Shown: positions 50,424-62,033, numbered from the whole stretch's first letter. The stretch: 63,894 bases of DNA, filler included, from Candidatus Tectimicrobiota bacterium (GCA_016193065.1; 6 parts of 6 records of this genome joined end to end with filler, not necessarily neighbours in it), one strand, 5' to 3'. The notes: generated by a model not told the origin, from the sequence alone. Program-made: numbers and translations.

Positions 50424-51650
50424 ATGTCTCCAGACATGGGACCCAACGGGAATCAGGGGGTACTCGCAAATGCCGAGCGCCAGGCCGCCGAGCGAGGCCT
50501 GGACCGGTTTCCGATCGTGGATGCCGATGCTCATCACTACGAAATGCAGTCCTGGGGCAGTATCGTAAAGTACATCGAGCACCCCACCACGCGCCGGCGG
50601 GCCGAGGAAGGCATGAAGCTGGGCGCCGGCCGATTCCAGCTCCTCCCCCACCAGTTAGGAGACCAGCAGGTGGCAGGCCGGATCAAGCGGCGCTTTACCC
50701 CCCAGGACCCCTACGAAGGCGTCCTGCACGAGATTGATCGCTTCCAGCGGGAGATGTCACAACTGGGGGTTGATTATTCCGTCGTGTTTCCCACGCTCAT
50801 GCTGAACCTGGGGTTGCACCCCCAGGCCGAGGTGGAATCGGCCATTGCCTGGGCCTACGCCCGCTGGATCACCGAGGAAGTGCTGAACCGCAGCGAAACC
50901 ATCAAGACAATGCTCTACATCCCCTTCAACGATCCGGACATGAGTCTGAAGATGGTCGAGACCTTTACCGGCAAGCCCGGAGTCGTGGGTTTTATGGTCA
51001 CCAGTCTGCGCTACCAGCCGGTCCACCACAACCGGTACATGAAGTTCTACAGAGCCGTGGAAGAGTCCGGTTTACCGCTGGCCTTTCACCCGGTCTATAA
51101 CTGGAGCGAGCGCTCTTTGGAGCAGTTTGACCGCTTTATCGGGGTACACTCCCTCGGCTTTCCCCTCTACAACATGATCCATTTGACGAACGTGGTGATC
51201 CACGCCATCCCCGAGCGCTTCCCGCGGCTCAAATTCATCTGGATGGAATGCGGGGTGGCCTGGATCCCGTTCCTGATGTTCCGGCTGGACAACGAGTACA
51301 TGATGCGGCCCTCGGAAGCCCCGGGTCTCAAGAAGAAGCCCAGCGAGTACATGCGGGAGTTCTTCTATACGTCCCAGCCCCTGGAGTGGCCCGACAATCT
51401 GAACCATCTGGCTTATATCTTCGAGATGATCCATGCAGAGACCCAGCTTCTGTATGCCTCGGACTATCCCCACTGGGACTTTGATCTCCCCAGCCGCATC
51501 TACGATCTTCCCTTCCTGACCGAGAAAGCCAAGCGGCGCATCCTGGGGAGAAACTCCCTGGAGCTGTTCCACCTGCCGGTTCCCGAGAAATACTCTTCCG
51601 GGGAACCAGAAGCAACTACGGTAGGCGACGGCTTCTCACAAAAGAAGTAG
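50424..51650 (+). CDS. Amidohydrolase-2 family protein (possible dinuclear oxygenase)
   Basis: VDADAHHYE, LAFH, ECGVAWIPF, ASDYPHWDFD. Confidence 0.88.
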   Translation: MSPDMGPNGNQGVLANAERQAAERGLDRFPIVDADAHHYEMQSWGSIVKYIEHPTTRRRAEEGMKLGAGRFQLLPHQLGDQQVAGRIKRRFTPQDPYEGVLHEIDRFQREMSQLGVDYSVVFPTLMLNLGLHPQAEVESAIAWAYARWITEEVLNRSETIKTMLYIPFNDPDMSLKMVETFTGKPGVVGFMVTSLRYQPVHHNRYMKFYRAVEESGLPLAFHPVYNWSERSLEQFDRFIGVHSLGFPLYNMIHLTNVVIHAIPERFPRLKFIWMECGVAWIPFLMFRLDNEYMMRPSEAPGLKKKPSEYMREFFYTSQPLEWPDNLNHLAYIFEMIHAETQLLYASDYPHWDFDLPSRIYDLPFLTEKAKRRILGRNSLELFHLPVPEKYSSGEPEATTVGDGFSQKK

Positions 51651-52032
51651 GGGAATCCTCGGGTCAGTCAAACGCCCCGGTTCTCCATCCTTCCCGGTTG
51701 GTTCACCGCACCTCGGCAGGCAGGGGACCGGCTGCGGAAGCGCTGGAGTTTCCCGGCTGGGAATGCCCCCTGACGTTGGTGAGGATTCCATAAGAGACTC
51801 ACTTTCAATGGGTTCCTGACTCAAACCCCCGCTCGCTAGGTATTTAAGCAAAATGTATCAATTGCCTTGACAAAGTGGACCTTCAAGATCTATATTCTCT
51901 TGGGCGATAAGAGAGGGAGGGCTAGGGGAAGACCAAAAGAAGTTTTGCTAAGAATCTTAAGGTCTTACGGGAAGGGTGGCTCTCATGGATCTGATGGAAA
52001 ATTCAAAAAGGGGAACGGAAAGAAGCTCTTTA

Positions 52033-52473
52033 ATGAACGTGGGGTACCGTGTGGACTATGCAGTCCGGGCCCTCTCGTACCTGGCAGCTCAGCCTCCCGG
52101 CAGGATTGTTCCGAGGGCTGAACTTGAAAAGAAGCAACATATCCCCCCTCACTATCTCTCCAAGATTATGAAAGATCTGGTTTCCGGAGGGCTGGTGAAA
52201 TCCTACCTGGGCTGTAGGGGTGGGTTTAGCTTGGCCAGAGCGGCCCAGACGATCAGCATCAAGGAAGTCTATGAAGCCGTAGAAAGACCTCTTGTCATCA
52301 TGGAGTGTCTTGAGAAGGGGCCTTCCTATTGTTCCTACATCCCGGTGTGTACCCAGGTCTCGATTTGGCAAAGGGCCCAAACCCTACTGGCAAACTTCCT
52401 TTCGGGAGTTTCCGTGAATGACATTGCAGATCAAAAAGGTCTGAGGGAGAGATTGGGCGGACTGCACGGCTAA
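52033..52473 (+). CDS. Rrf2-family Fe-S transcriptional regulator
   Basis: DYAVRAL, YLSKI, GGFSLAR, three Cys residues (ECL...C...C); upstream of suf. Confidence 0.9.
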   Translation: MNVGYRVDYAVRALSYLAAQPPGRIVPRAELEKKQHIPPHYLSKIMKDLVSGGLVKSYLGCRGGFSLARAAQTISIKEVYEAVERPLVIMECLEKGPSYCSYIPVCTQVSIWQRAQTLLANFLSGVSVNDIADQKGLRERLGGLHG

Positions 52474-52515
52474 TTCCCGAATAAAACGCAAGAGTCAACC
52501 TTTAAGCACAGAGAG

Positions 52516-52632
52516 ATGAAACCAATGGAAGAAACCGCTCAGGCGACCGCGACACAGGGGGAGATCCTGAGAGCCTTCTCCGGGATCAAGGACCCCGACC
52601 TGGGCTTAAGAATGGTTCAAGAGGAGAAGTAA
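52516..52632 (+). pseudogene. Collapsed remnant of an Mrp/ApbC- or SufT-type Fe-S carrier gene
   Basis: [38 protein letters not shown]; the IxDPDLG N-terminal motif is joined directly to a short tail. Confidence 0.6.
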
Positions 52633-54089
52633 TGAGCACTTCCACGAACACGATAGAGACCCTGGCAAACCGGGAATACAAATACGGGTTTGTCACGGAA
52701 ATCGAAGCGGACGTCGTCCCCCGCGGACTAAACGAGGAAACCGTTCGACTGGTCTCCGCGAAGAAGAATGAACCGGAGTTCATGCTGGAGTGGCGTCTTA
52801 AGGCTTACCGGCATTGGGTGAAGATGGAAAAATCCGAGGGAGAACCGAAATGGGCCAACATCAAGCACCCGCCCATCGATTACCAGGACATCATCTACTA
52901 CTCGGCACCCAAGCCCAAGAAGAAGCTGAACAGCCTGGATGAAGTGGACCCGGAGGTGCTGAGAACGTTCGAGAAGCTGGGCATTCCCCTGGACGAACAG
53001 AAAAAGCTCAGCGGTGTCGCGGTGGATGCGGTCTTCGACAGCGTTTCCGTGGCGACTACTTTTAAAGAAAAGCTCGCTGAGCTGGGAATTATCTTCTGCT
53101 CGTTCTCCGAGGCGGTGAATAATCACCCGGAGCTGGTCGAGAAGTACCTTGGATCGGTGGTCCCTTACTCCGATAACTTCTTTGCCACCCTGAACTCCGC
53201 CGTCTTCAGCGACGGATCGTTCTGCTACATCCCGAAGGGCGTGCGCTGCCCCATGGAGCTCTCCACATACTTCCGGATCAATGCGGCGGACACGGGCCAG
53301 TTCGAGCGCACGCTGATCATCGCCGAAGAGGGCAGTTACGTGAGCTATCTGGAAGGATGCACCGCGCCCATGCGGGACGAGAACCAGTTGCACGCCGCGG
53401 TCGTGGAGCTCATCGCCCACGACAACGCCACCATCAAGTACTCGACCATCCAGAACTGGTACCCCGGGGACAAGGACGGGAAGGGGGGCATCTATAACTT
53501 CGTCACCAAGCGCGGAAAGTGCCTAGGAAGGAGCTCCAAGATCTCGTGGACCCAGGTGGAGACGGGCTCGGCCATCACCTGGAAGTACCCCAGTTGCATC
53601 CTCCAGGGTGACAACTCCGTGGGTGAGTTTTATTCGGTGGCGTTGACCAACCACCACCAGCAGGCCGACACGGGAACCAAGATGATCCACATGGGCAAGA
53701 ACACCCGGAGTACGATCGTCGCGAAAGGAATCTCCGCGGGGTATGGCCAGAACACCTACCGCGGCCTGGTCAAGATCCTGAAGAGCTCCACGGGGGCGCG
53801 CAACTACACGCAGTGCGACTCGCTGCTCATCGGCGACAAATGCGGGGCCCACACCTTCCCCTACATAGAGGTCAAGAACTCCACGGCCCGGATGGAGCAC
53901 GAGGCGTCCACATCGAAGATCGGGGATGACCAGATTTTCTACTGCAACCAGAGGGGAATCTCGAAGGAAGACGCCGTGAACCTGATCGTGAACGGCTTCT
54001 GCAAGGAGGTATTTCGGAACTTGCCGATGGAGTTTGCCGTAGAGGCGCAGAAGTTGCTCAGTATCAGCTTAGAGGGCAGCATCGGCTAA
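52632..54089 (+). CDS. sufB: Fe-S assembly protein SufB
   Basis: [31 protein letters not shown]. Confidence 0.98.
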   Translation: MSTSTNTIETLANREYKYGFVTEIEADVVPRGLNEETVRLVSAKKNEPEFMLEWRLKAYRHWVKMEKSEGEPKWANIKHPPIDYQDIIYYSAPKPKKKLNSLDEVDPEVLRTFEKLGIPLDEQKKLSGVAVDAVFDSVSVATTFKEKLAELGIIFCSFSEAVNNHPELVEKYLGSVVPYSDNFFATLNSAVFSDGSFCYIPKGVRCPMELSTYFRINAADTGQFERTLIIAEEGSYVSYLEGCTAPMRDENQLHAAVVELIAHDNATIKYSTIQNWYPGDKDGKGGIYNFVTKRGKCLGRSSKISWTQVETGSAITWKYPSCILQGDNSVGEFYSVALTNHHQQADTGTKMIHMGKNTRSTIVAKGISAGYGQNTYRGLVKILKSSTGARNYTQCDSLLIGDKCGAHTFPYIEVKNSTARMEHEASTSKIGDDQIFYCNQRGISKEDAVNLIVNGFCKEVFRNLPMEFAVEAQKLLSISLEGSIG

Positions 54090-54122
54090 ATTTTCCAACA
54101 CTTCGTCAAAAAGGGACAAGGC

Positions 54123-54893
54123 ATGCTAGAAATCAACAACCTGCACGTGAAAGTGGGCAACCAGAAAATCCTCAAAGGCGTAAATCTCAAGGTAAACGCC
54201 GGAGAGGTCCACTCCATTATGGGCCCCAACGGCTCCGGCAAGAGCACCCTGGCCCAGGTCCTGGCCGGCCGGGAGGGGTATGAAGTCACCGCCGGAGAGG
54301 TGATTTACGAAGGGAAAAACCTCCTGGAGATGCCGCCCGAGGAGCGCGCCTGCGCCGGGGTCTTCCTGGCCTTCCAATACCCGGTGGAGATCCCCGGGGT
54401 GAACAACGCCTACTTCCTGAAAGCGGGCCTAAACGCCATCCGCAAGTACCAGGGCCTTGAGGAACTTGACGCCATGGATTTCCTCCCTCTGGTCAAGGAG
54501 AAGATGAAGGCCCTGGAGATAGACGAACTTCTCCTGAACCGGTCGGTGAACGAGGGTTTCTCGGGCGGTGAGAAGAAGCGCAACGAGGTATTCCAGATGT
54601 CGGTACTGGAGCCCAAGCTCGCCATCTTGGACGAGACCGATTCCGGGCTGGACATTGACGCTTTGAGGATCGTCGCCAACGGCGTCAACGCGCTGCGCAG
54701 CCCCGATCGTGCCATTATCGTCGTCACCCATTACCAGCGGCTCCTCAACTACATCATCCCCGACTACATCCACGTGCTGGTGGATGGCCGGATCGTCAAA
54801 TCCGGCGGCAAAGAGCTGGCCCTGGAGCTGGAAAACAAGGGCTATGCCTGGGTCGAGGCCGAGATCCACACCGCCGCGCCGGCAAACGCCTGA
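54123..54893 (+). CDS. sufC: Fe-S assembly ATPase SufC
   Basis: GPNGSGKST, FSGGEKKRNE, LDETDSGLDID. Confidence 0.98.
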   Translation: MLEINNLHVKVGNQKILKGVNLKVNAGEVHSIMGPNGSGKSTLAQVLAGREGYEVTAGEVIYEGKNLLEMPPEERACAGVFLAFQYPVEIPGVNNAYFLKAGLNAIRKYQGLEELDAMDFLPLVKEKMKALEIDELLLNRSVNEGFSGGEKKRNEVFQMSVLEPKLAILDETDSGLDIDALRIVANGVNALRSPDRAIIVVTHYQRLLNYIIPDYIHVLVDGRIVKSGGKELALELENKGYAWVEAEIHTAAPANA

Positions 54894-54908
54894 CCGGGGG
54901 GCAGAACA

Positions 54909-56252
54909 GTGACCGTGGTGACGCAACAAATAGACAGTTACCTGGAAAGCTTTGCGCGGTTCGAGAACAGCGCCCCGGGAAGCGGCCAAGGGTGGGCACG
55001 CTCGATCCGCCAGGCGGCAATCACCCGCTTCTCCGAGCTGGGGTTTCCGACCATCCGGGATGAGGACTGGCGGTTCACCAGCGTGGCTCCGATCGCCCAG
55101 GCGGACTTCAAGCTCGCCCGGGACGGCCGCTTTGCACTGTCGTCCCGGGAGATCGGGCAATTCACATTCCCTGGCCTAGCATGCAGCCAGCTCGTCTTCG
55201 TGAACGGACGATACTCACCGGAGCTTTCCTCGCTCGGGCTCCTACCCAACGGGGTGACCGTCGGGAGCCTGGCGTGGTTCCTCGACAATGATCCGGATCT
55301 CGCAGAACCTCATCTCGCCCGGTACGCCGACTACCAGCAGGACGCCTTTGCAGCCCTTAACACCGCCTTCATGGAAGACGGCGCGTTTGTGCACATCCCC
55401 AGAGGGACGGTGCTTCCGGAACCGATCCACCTGCTGTACATCTCCACCGCGGCCGGCGCTCCGCTCATCACCCATCCGCGAAATCTGATTCTGGCGGACG
55501 AGGATAGCCAGGCGACCATCGTGGAGGACTACGTCTCGCTGGGCAGCGGCGTCCATTTCTCGAACTCGGTCACGGAAGCGGTGCTGGGCCAGAATAGCGT
55601 GCTGAGCCACTACCGGCTCGAGCGCGAGAGCAAGGAGGCGTTCAACATCTCGACCCTGCGGTTTCAGCAAGGCCGGAGCAGCAGCCTCGCGTCCCACTCG
55701 GTGTTGCTGGGCGGAGCGCTGATGCGCAACAACATCCACCCGGCTCTGGCGGGCGAGGGCTGCGATTGCCTGATCAACGGCCTGTTCATGGCCACCGGCC
55801 GGCAGCACATGGATAACTACATGAAGGTCGAACATGCCGGCCCGCACTGCAACAGCCGGCAGTTCTACCATGGCATCCTCGATGGTCGTTCGCGGGGCGT
55901 CTTTCACGGCCGGATCATCGTGCACAAGGATGCCCAGAAGACCGACGCCAAGCAGACGAACAGGAACCTGCTGCTCTCGGAGAACGCTCAGATCGATACC
56001 AAGCCGCAGCTTGAAATTTACGCCGACGACGTGAAGTGCACCCATGGAGCGACCATCGGCCAGATCGACGAGGACGCGATCTTCTACCTGCGCTCCCGCG
56101 GCATTGCCGAGGAATCGGCCCGCGCCCTCTTGCTCTTCGCCTTCGCCGGGGAATGCCTCCAGCGCATGAAGATCGAGCCCATCCGCAAGCATCTGGAAGC
56201 GCTCGTCACGCAATGGTCGCCCTTGGGGAAACTCCTGGAGGAGGCCCGATGA
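54909..56252 (+). CDS. sufD: Fe-S assembly protein SufD
   Basis: [34 protein letters not shown]. Confidence 0.97.
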   Translation: MTVVTQQIDSYLESFARFENSAPGSGQGWARSIRQAAITRFSELGFPTIRDEDWRFTSVAPIAQADFKLARDGRFALSSREIGQFTFPGLACSQLVFVNGRYSPELSSLGLLPNGVTVGSLAWFLDNDPDLAEPHLARYADYQQDAFAALNTAFMEDGAFVHIPRGTVLPEPIHLLYISTAAGAPLITHPRNLILADEDSQATIVEDYVSLGSGVHFSNSVTEAVLGQNSVLSHYRLERESKEAFNISTLRFQQGRSSSLASHSVLLGGALMRNNIHPALAGEGCDCLINGLFMATGRQHMDNYMKVEHAGPHCNSRQFYHGILDGRSRGVFHGRIIVHKDAQKTDAKQTNRNLLLSENAQIDTKPQLEIYADDVKCTHGATIGQIDEDAIFYLRSRGIAEESARALLLFAFAGECLQRMKIEPIRKHLEALVTQWSPLGKLLEEAR

Positions 56253-56915
56253 CCATCGCCAGTGACACTATCAGCAAAAAGATCCGCCCGGATCGACCGT
56301 CGGGCTTTGATGTCGAGAACATCCGGCGGGACTTCCCGATCCTGGCCCGGAAGGTCCATGGCAAGCCGCTGGTCTATCTCGACAACGCCGCCACGACCCA
56401 GAAGCCCCAGGTCGTGATCGACACCATCACGCGGTACTATCAGGAGGATAACTCCAACATCCATCGCGGTCTCCACTTCCTGAGCGAAAAGGCCACCCAG
56501 GACTATGAAGCCGCTCGCGCCAAGGTGAGGCGGTTTCTAAACACTGCGCAGGACCGGGAAATCATCTTCGTTCGCGGCGCTACGGAGGGCATCAACCTCG
56601 TCGCGCAGACTTACGGCCGGGCATCCGTGAAAGCAGGTGATGAGATCGTCCTCTCCATCATGGAGCATCACTCCAACATCGTCCCCTGGCAAATGTTGTG
56701 CGAGGAAAAGGGTGCTCGCTTGCGGGTCGTCCCCATTAACGACGAGGGCGAGCTGTTGCTCGATGAATACGAGAAGCTGCTCAATGCAAGAACAAAGCTC
56801 GTGTCCATCGTTCACATATCGAACGCCCTGGGCACGATCAACCCGGTCAAGCAGATCATCCAGATGGCGCACGACCGGGGCATTCCCGTCCTGGTCGACG
56901 GGGCTCAGGCGGTCC
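56249..56915 (+). CDS. sufS: Cysteine desulfurase SufS, partial
   Basis: [26 protein letters not shown]. Confidence 0.96.
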
Positions 56916-57015
56916 NNNNNNNNNNNNNNNNNNNNNNNNNNNNNNNNNNNNNNNNNNNNTTAATTAATTAANNNNNNNNNNNNNNNNNNNNNNNNNNNNN
57001 NNNNNNNNNNNNNNN
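56916..57015. other. Contig linker
   Basis: N-TTAATTAATTAA-N. Confidence 0.99.
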
Positions 57016-57431
57016 CCCTGAAGCACCCCTTCCGGATCGAAGTAACGGTCGAGCAGGGCGCGCACTTTCTGGCTGCGGGGCAGAGGCCGGGAAACGCGGA
57101 CGTTGATCTCCTGGGCGTACTGGAGATAGATCTGCGTTACCGTCGGGCCCTGCTGCGTGAATTCCGTCCAGCGTTTGCGCAATGACTTTTTCAGGAACAG
57201 GAGGACTCCTTCGATGTGCTTGCACGTTCCCAGCAGGTTCGTCCGGTAGTCGGGACAGGTGCAGCTATTGTGCAGCTCCCTCAGGGAGCGAATTTCCACC
57301 CGGTAGCGCTGTCCGGAGATCGAGGTGACATCGAAGGAACTGAAGACCGGGTGCCCCCCGCGATGAGTCACCCGGGTGATCTCTACCAGAGCCCGCTGGC
57401 GGCGACGCTGCAATTGCTCCTGCTCTTGCAT
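57016..57431 (-). CDS. SWIM zinc-finger protein, probably the N-terminus of a SNF2 helicase, partial
   Basis: YRVEIR...CTCPDY...LGTCKHI. Confidence 0.75.
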
Positions 57432-57570
57432 GGACACGGCTTCTCCTCCCCTTGTTTGCGTGCGACCTTTTTGCAGGGCGGAGTTTATCAAGGGGGGCGC
57501 GAAGGGTCAAATGGCAAGATTCGGGTCCGGGGAGGTTTCCCCACAGATCACCGCTTTGATCGGCGCGGCT

Positions 57571-57822
57571 TCAGAGGAGATCTTTTTTCTTCTCTTCAAA
57601 TTCTTCCTTGCCGATTTCGCCGCGGGCGTAGCGCTTTTTGAGAATCTCCAGAGCGGAGTCTTCCTGCCTTCCCTCCCCGCTTCGGGACTTTTCCGTAAGC
57701 CAGCGAACCGCCAGGACAACGCCGGCAATTAGCACCCCCCAGAAGAGAATCATGAACAGGAAACCCAAAAGGCCGCCTCCAAATCCCATGCCTCCCCAAC
57801 CCCATCCGGGCATCATCGGCAT
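57571..57822 (-). CDS. SHOCT-domain membrane protein
   Basis: M/G-rich N-terminus, TM helix, SALEILKKRYARGEIGKEEF. Confidence 0.9.
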   Translation of the reverse strand: MPMMPGWGWGGMGFGGGLLGFLFMILFWGVLIAGVVLAVRWLTEKSRSGEGRQEDSALEILKKRYARGEIGKEEFEEKKKDLL

Positions 57823-57939
57823 CAAGCCTCCCCTCTTTCGTTATAAAGTCCCATGCACCTTGATACGCTCAATCACACCCCCTCACCTTCGTCCTCTCCC
57901 CCTTCAAGGGGGGGGAGAGGATAGAAATTGGGACGGCAC

Positions 57940-58662
57940 TCATCTCGTGGCGGGCACCAGGCACCCCTTGCGCCGGTGATAATAAATCAATCCACCCATC
58001 CAGAGAATTCCCAGAGCAGTCGCGACAAGCCCCAAGCTCATCAAGCTGCGCTTATACTCGCTGAAGAAAAGGGCCGCGCCCGTGAACCCCGCCAGCGGCA
58101 AAATTTCCGTCAGGTGATGCAGGCAACAGGCCACCATGGCCGTGCCCGAGACTCCGGAACCCGACGTCGCCACCGCGGCGGAAGCTCCCGTCCCCACTAC
58201 TCCATGCATGGCCCCGCGCAAATACGTGAACAGGGACATCTGCACGCCAAAGCCGCTAACGATGCCCGCCACATAAGGGCCGTCCTCCGCCAGCAGGCTC
58301 CGGAGCAAGGCGAAGGTGCGGCCTCCGCCCAGCCATGTGACCCCTACGTAAAAGCCGAGGAGTCCCAGGGAAGCCAGGACACCAATCTTCAAAGAGCGTT
58401 TCCACACAGGTGTGACTTGGCCCTGAACCGGCTCTTCAACGGCATCCGTTTTCCGTGCTCCATACCCCAGCCCCTGCAATGTTTCCTCAACCGTTGCGGA
58501 GGAGAGCTGTTCCGGATTGTACTCCACTCGGGCCCGGCGGGCGGGAAACTCAACCTTCGCCAGGACAACTCCAGAGAGGCCGGCCAAACCCGCCTCAATT
58601 TTGCGGGCACAAGAGGGGCAACTCATTCCCTCGATCTCGAACGTCTGCTCAACGATTCCCAT
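57940..58662 (-). CDS. Heavy-metal-associated (HMA) domain fused to a membrane domain with ACCLHH
   Basis: GMSCPSC; TM helices; SGTAMVACCLHH. Confidence 0.85.
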   Translation of the reverse strand: MGIVEQTFEIEGMSCPSCARKIEAGLAGLSGVVLAKVEFPARRARVEYNPEQLSSATVEETLQGLGYGARKTDAVEEPVQGQVTPVWKRSLKIGVLASLGLLGFYVGVTWLGGGRTFALLRSLLAEDGPYVAGIVSGFGVQMSLFTYLRGAMHGVVGTGASAAVATSGSGVSGTAMVACCLHHLTEILPLAGFTGAALFFSEYKRSLMSLGLVATALGILWMGGLIYYHRRKGCLVPATR

Positions 58663-58719
58663 CTCGGGTCTCCTCACCAACGCCTCGGAGAAATTACCAC
58701 AAGCACGTGGCCTTGATAA

Positions 58720-58736
58720 AGCAAGTACTGTGCCAA
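58720..58736 (-). promoter_or_regulatory. Sigma54 -24/-12 promoter
   Basis: TTGGCACAGTACTTGCT matches TGGCAC-N5-TTGC. Confidence 0.85.
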
Positions 58737-58911
58737 GGAGGTCTTTTCACAATTCACTGCAAATCAAGCCAGACCAGGGAATCAATCCGCCTCTTTCGAC
58801 ATAAGCGGGACCATGTTCGACAATCTCGTCGACGTCAATCAAATTTACCCCCAACCACCCTCAAGGGAAAGGGAAGAAGAGCGGCGCCAAGGGGTAAAGG
58901 GCAACATAACA

Positions 58912-60277
58912 TTAGGGTTTGCCCTCGAGCTTGCGGTAAATCGTGCGGCTGGCGATCCCCAGGAGCCGTGCCGCCAGGCTCTTATCCCCTTTTGTCCTCT
59001 TGAGAGTTTCTTCGATGAGGCGGCGTTCCACTTCCTCCAGGGGAATCCCCACCGGCACTGTGAAGGATTGCTCCAGGAGACTTTCCTCTTCGCCACCAAT
59101 CTCCCGAGGGAGATCCTCAATGCCGATGGTCGAACGGCGGGTGAGAATCACGGCTCTTTCCACCACGTTTTCCAGCTCCCGGACATTTCCGGGCCAGTGA
59201 TGCTGCAAGAGCGCTTTCATGGCCTCGGGAGTGAACCCCTCCAGCTCCTTCCCATTTCTGCGGTTATAAATCTCCAGGAAATAGTGGGCGAGCAAAGGGA
59301 TATCCTCCCTCCTCCCGGCGCTCCCGCAAGGGCGGGATCTGAATCGTGATCACGTTGATCCGGTAGTAGAGGTCCTCGCGGAATTTCCCTTCCTGGACCG
59401 CCTGCAGGAGGTCCCGGTGTGTGGCGGCCACCAGGCGTACGTCCACTTTGATTGTTCGGGTCCCTCCCACCCTTTCGAATTCTCCTTCCTGAAGGACCCG
59501 CAAGAGCTTCACCTGAGTCGTAGGGCTCAGGTCCCCGATCTCATCCAGAAAGAGGGTGCCGCCATGGGCAATCTCGAACCGCCCCTCTTTGCGGCTCAGG
59601 GCTCCGGTAAATGCGCCCTTCTCGTAGCCGAAGAGCTCCGACTCCAGGAGCGTTTCCGGCAAGGCCGCGCAGTTCACTTTGAGCAAGGGCTTGCTGGCCC
59701 GGGGGCTGAGACTATGAATTGCTTCCGCAATGACTTCCTTCCCCGTGCCGCTTTCTCCCAGAATCAAGATCGTGGCGGAACTGGGGGCCACCTGGGCCAC
59801 GAGGTCCAGGGTGCAGCGCATGGCCGGGCTTGACCCGATGACTTTTCCTTGCTCACGCAGGCCTTTGAGCTGCTCCCGGAGAGCCCGATTCTCACCCAGC
59901 AAGCTATGGTGCTCCAGGGCCCGGGTGACGACGCGCTCGAGGTTCAAGCGGCTCACGGGTTTGGTGATAAAGTCGTAGGCCCCTTCCTTCATGGCTTCAA
60001 CAGCCTGTTCGATCGTGCCATGGCCGGTCAGTATGACAACCTCGGTCTGCGGGAATCGTCGCTTCACTTCCCGCAAGACTTCCATTCCCCCCAGACCGGG
60101 CATCTTGAGATCGAGCAGGATCAGTGAAAACGAACCTGCCTGGAGCCTGGCCAGGGCATCGCGCCCGTCCTCGCGGAGCTCGACTTCGTAGCCCTTCTTG
60201 CGCAGCACCTTTCCCAGTGCCTCGCGAATTTCCCGGTCATCATCGACCACGAGAATGTGAGTTTGCCGGGCCGTCAC
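58912..60277 (-). pseudogene. Sigma54-dependent response regulator (ZraR/AtoC-like), frameshifted by a 7-bp duplication
   Basis: [32 protein letters not shown] x2 at 59303-59316; other frame continues WPGNVRELEN and a Fis HTH. Confidence 0.88.
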
Positions 60278-61292
60278 GTCTGTTCTCTCGCCGAAGCAAC
60301 CGGGAAGGAAATCGTGAACGTCGTCCCCCCCGTAGGAGAAGAGTCACACGAAACACTCCCGCCATGAGCTTCAACAATCTGGCGGACGAGGGTGAGACCC
60401 AGGCCGGTGCCGTCCTTCTTGGTCGTAAAAAAAGGATCAAAGATCTTTTCTCGCACCTTCTCTGAGATGCCCGGTCCGCTGTCCGAAACTGAGACCTGCA
60501 CCCCGGGTACCCCGGGTGCCCTTTGGGCGTTGCGGTTGGGTTCCCCTCGAATTCTTAGTGCTCCTCCTGTGGGCATGGCCTCCCACGCATTGCGCAGCAG
60601 GTTGAGGAAGGCCAAGCGAATTTGACGGGCATCCAGCAATAGGACGGGTGGCTTCTCGCCCCACTCCTGGGTCACCTGGATCCTGCGGCTGTCGAACTCA
60701 GCTTTCGTGAACCGGAGGATTTCTTCCAGAACCTCGGCAAGAGATCCCGGCTCCAGGTTGAGGCACGGCAGCCGGGAAAAGCGCAGATAATCCTCCGTCA
60801 ATGCGGTCAGGATCTCGATCTGGGCGCGAATGGAGGCCAGGAGCACCTGCGCTTCTCCTTGTAGGCCCTCTGTCGATTCCCGCAGTTCATCTTCCAGCAG
60901 TTCCAGGTTGAGGCTCATGGAGGTGAGAGGATTGCGAATCTCGTGGGCCACTTTGGTCGAGAGCTGGCCCACAGCCGCCAGCTTCTCGGAGTTGATGAGC
61001 TTGTCCTGGGTTTCTCTCAGGCTCCGCAAGGCTTCTTCCAGTTCCCGGTTCAAGTCCTCCACGCGGCGACGCTGCCGTTTTTCCCGCTCGGACAACAGTC
61101 CAATTCCGATCCCCGACAGCAGGAAAAGGGAAAGCCTAAGGGCAAAGTGAGTCCAGTGGACCGGGTTGAACTGTTCCAGGAAGCTGATGACGTACAGAAC
61201 GGAAGCAGCCAGGGCCGCACTCATCCCCACCGCCAGGCCGAAATGAAGGGCATTGAGCGCGATGAGAACAAAAAAGACCAGGAAGAACTGGC
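60274..61292 (-). CDS. Sensor histidine kinase, partial
   Basis: [30 protein letters not shown]. Confidence 0.93.
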
Positions 61293-61392
61293 NNNNNNNN
61301 NNNNNNNNNNNNNNNNNNNNNNNNNNNNNNNNNNNNTTAATTAATTAANNNNNNNNNNNNNNNNNNNNNNNNNNNNNNNNNNNNNNNNNNNN
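61293..61392. other. Contig linker
   Basis: N-TTAATTAATTAA-N. Confidence 0.99.
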
Positions 61393-61691
61393 ACTATGAA
61401 ACCCTTTTGGACCGGGCCCGAAAAGGCGGCTCGGGGACGGACCGCACGGCCGGAGAGTTATCCGACATCGTGCAGGAACTTGAGGAGTTCGAGGCAGCTC
61501 TGGACCGGGTGATTGCGCTGCCCTATGACCCGCTCCTGGATGACGGCGTCCGGGTGAACATCGCCTCGTTGCAGAAGGCAGGGGTCCTGGCCTCTCCTGT
61601 CCTGACGACTAAGGAGATAGACCGGGCAGTTCGGGACCGCAACGTCTGGCGCAAGGAGGATCAACTGCAAGAGACCGTGTGGGAAATCTGA
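61393..61691 (+). CDS. C-terminus of a BREX PglX-like methyltransferase, partial
   Basis: ELEEFE..L...YDPLLDDGVRVN; PglZ-like gene downstream. Confidence 0.7.
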
Positions 61692-61703
61692 AGGGGACTT
61701 GCC

Positions 61704-62033
61704 ATGGATGAGAGGGATCGAAACCTGATAGTGGAGTTCAGGAATCGTCTGCCGGGGGATGTGTTGGCCCACGTCCGCAAGGTGATCGCCTTCGGCTCGC
61801 GGGCCCGTGGCGAAGGGAGCAAGGAATCGGATCTTGATCTTGTAATCCTTGTGGATGAAAAGACTCCCTGGGTGGAAGGCCGGATCGATGATGTTGCCTA
61901 TCAGGTAATGTGGGACCATGACTTTGACCCGATTCTCTCGATCAAAGTGCTCGCGGAGAGCCATTACCGCCAGGCGCTCAAGGAGGGATTTTCCTTCTAC
62001 CAGGCTGTTGAGCGCGAAGGTGTCCCTCTGTGA
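61704..62033 (+). CDS. Minimal nucleotidyltransferase (MNT) antitoxin
   Basis: FGSRARG...SDLDL. Confidence 0.9.
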   Translation: MDERDRNLIVEFRNRLPGDVLAHVRKVIAFGSRARGEGSKESDLDLVILVDEKTPWVEGRIDDVAYQVMWDHDFDPILSIKVLAESHYRQALKEGFSFYQAVEREGVPL

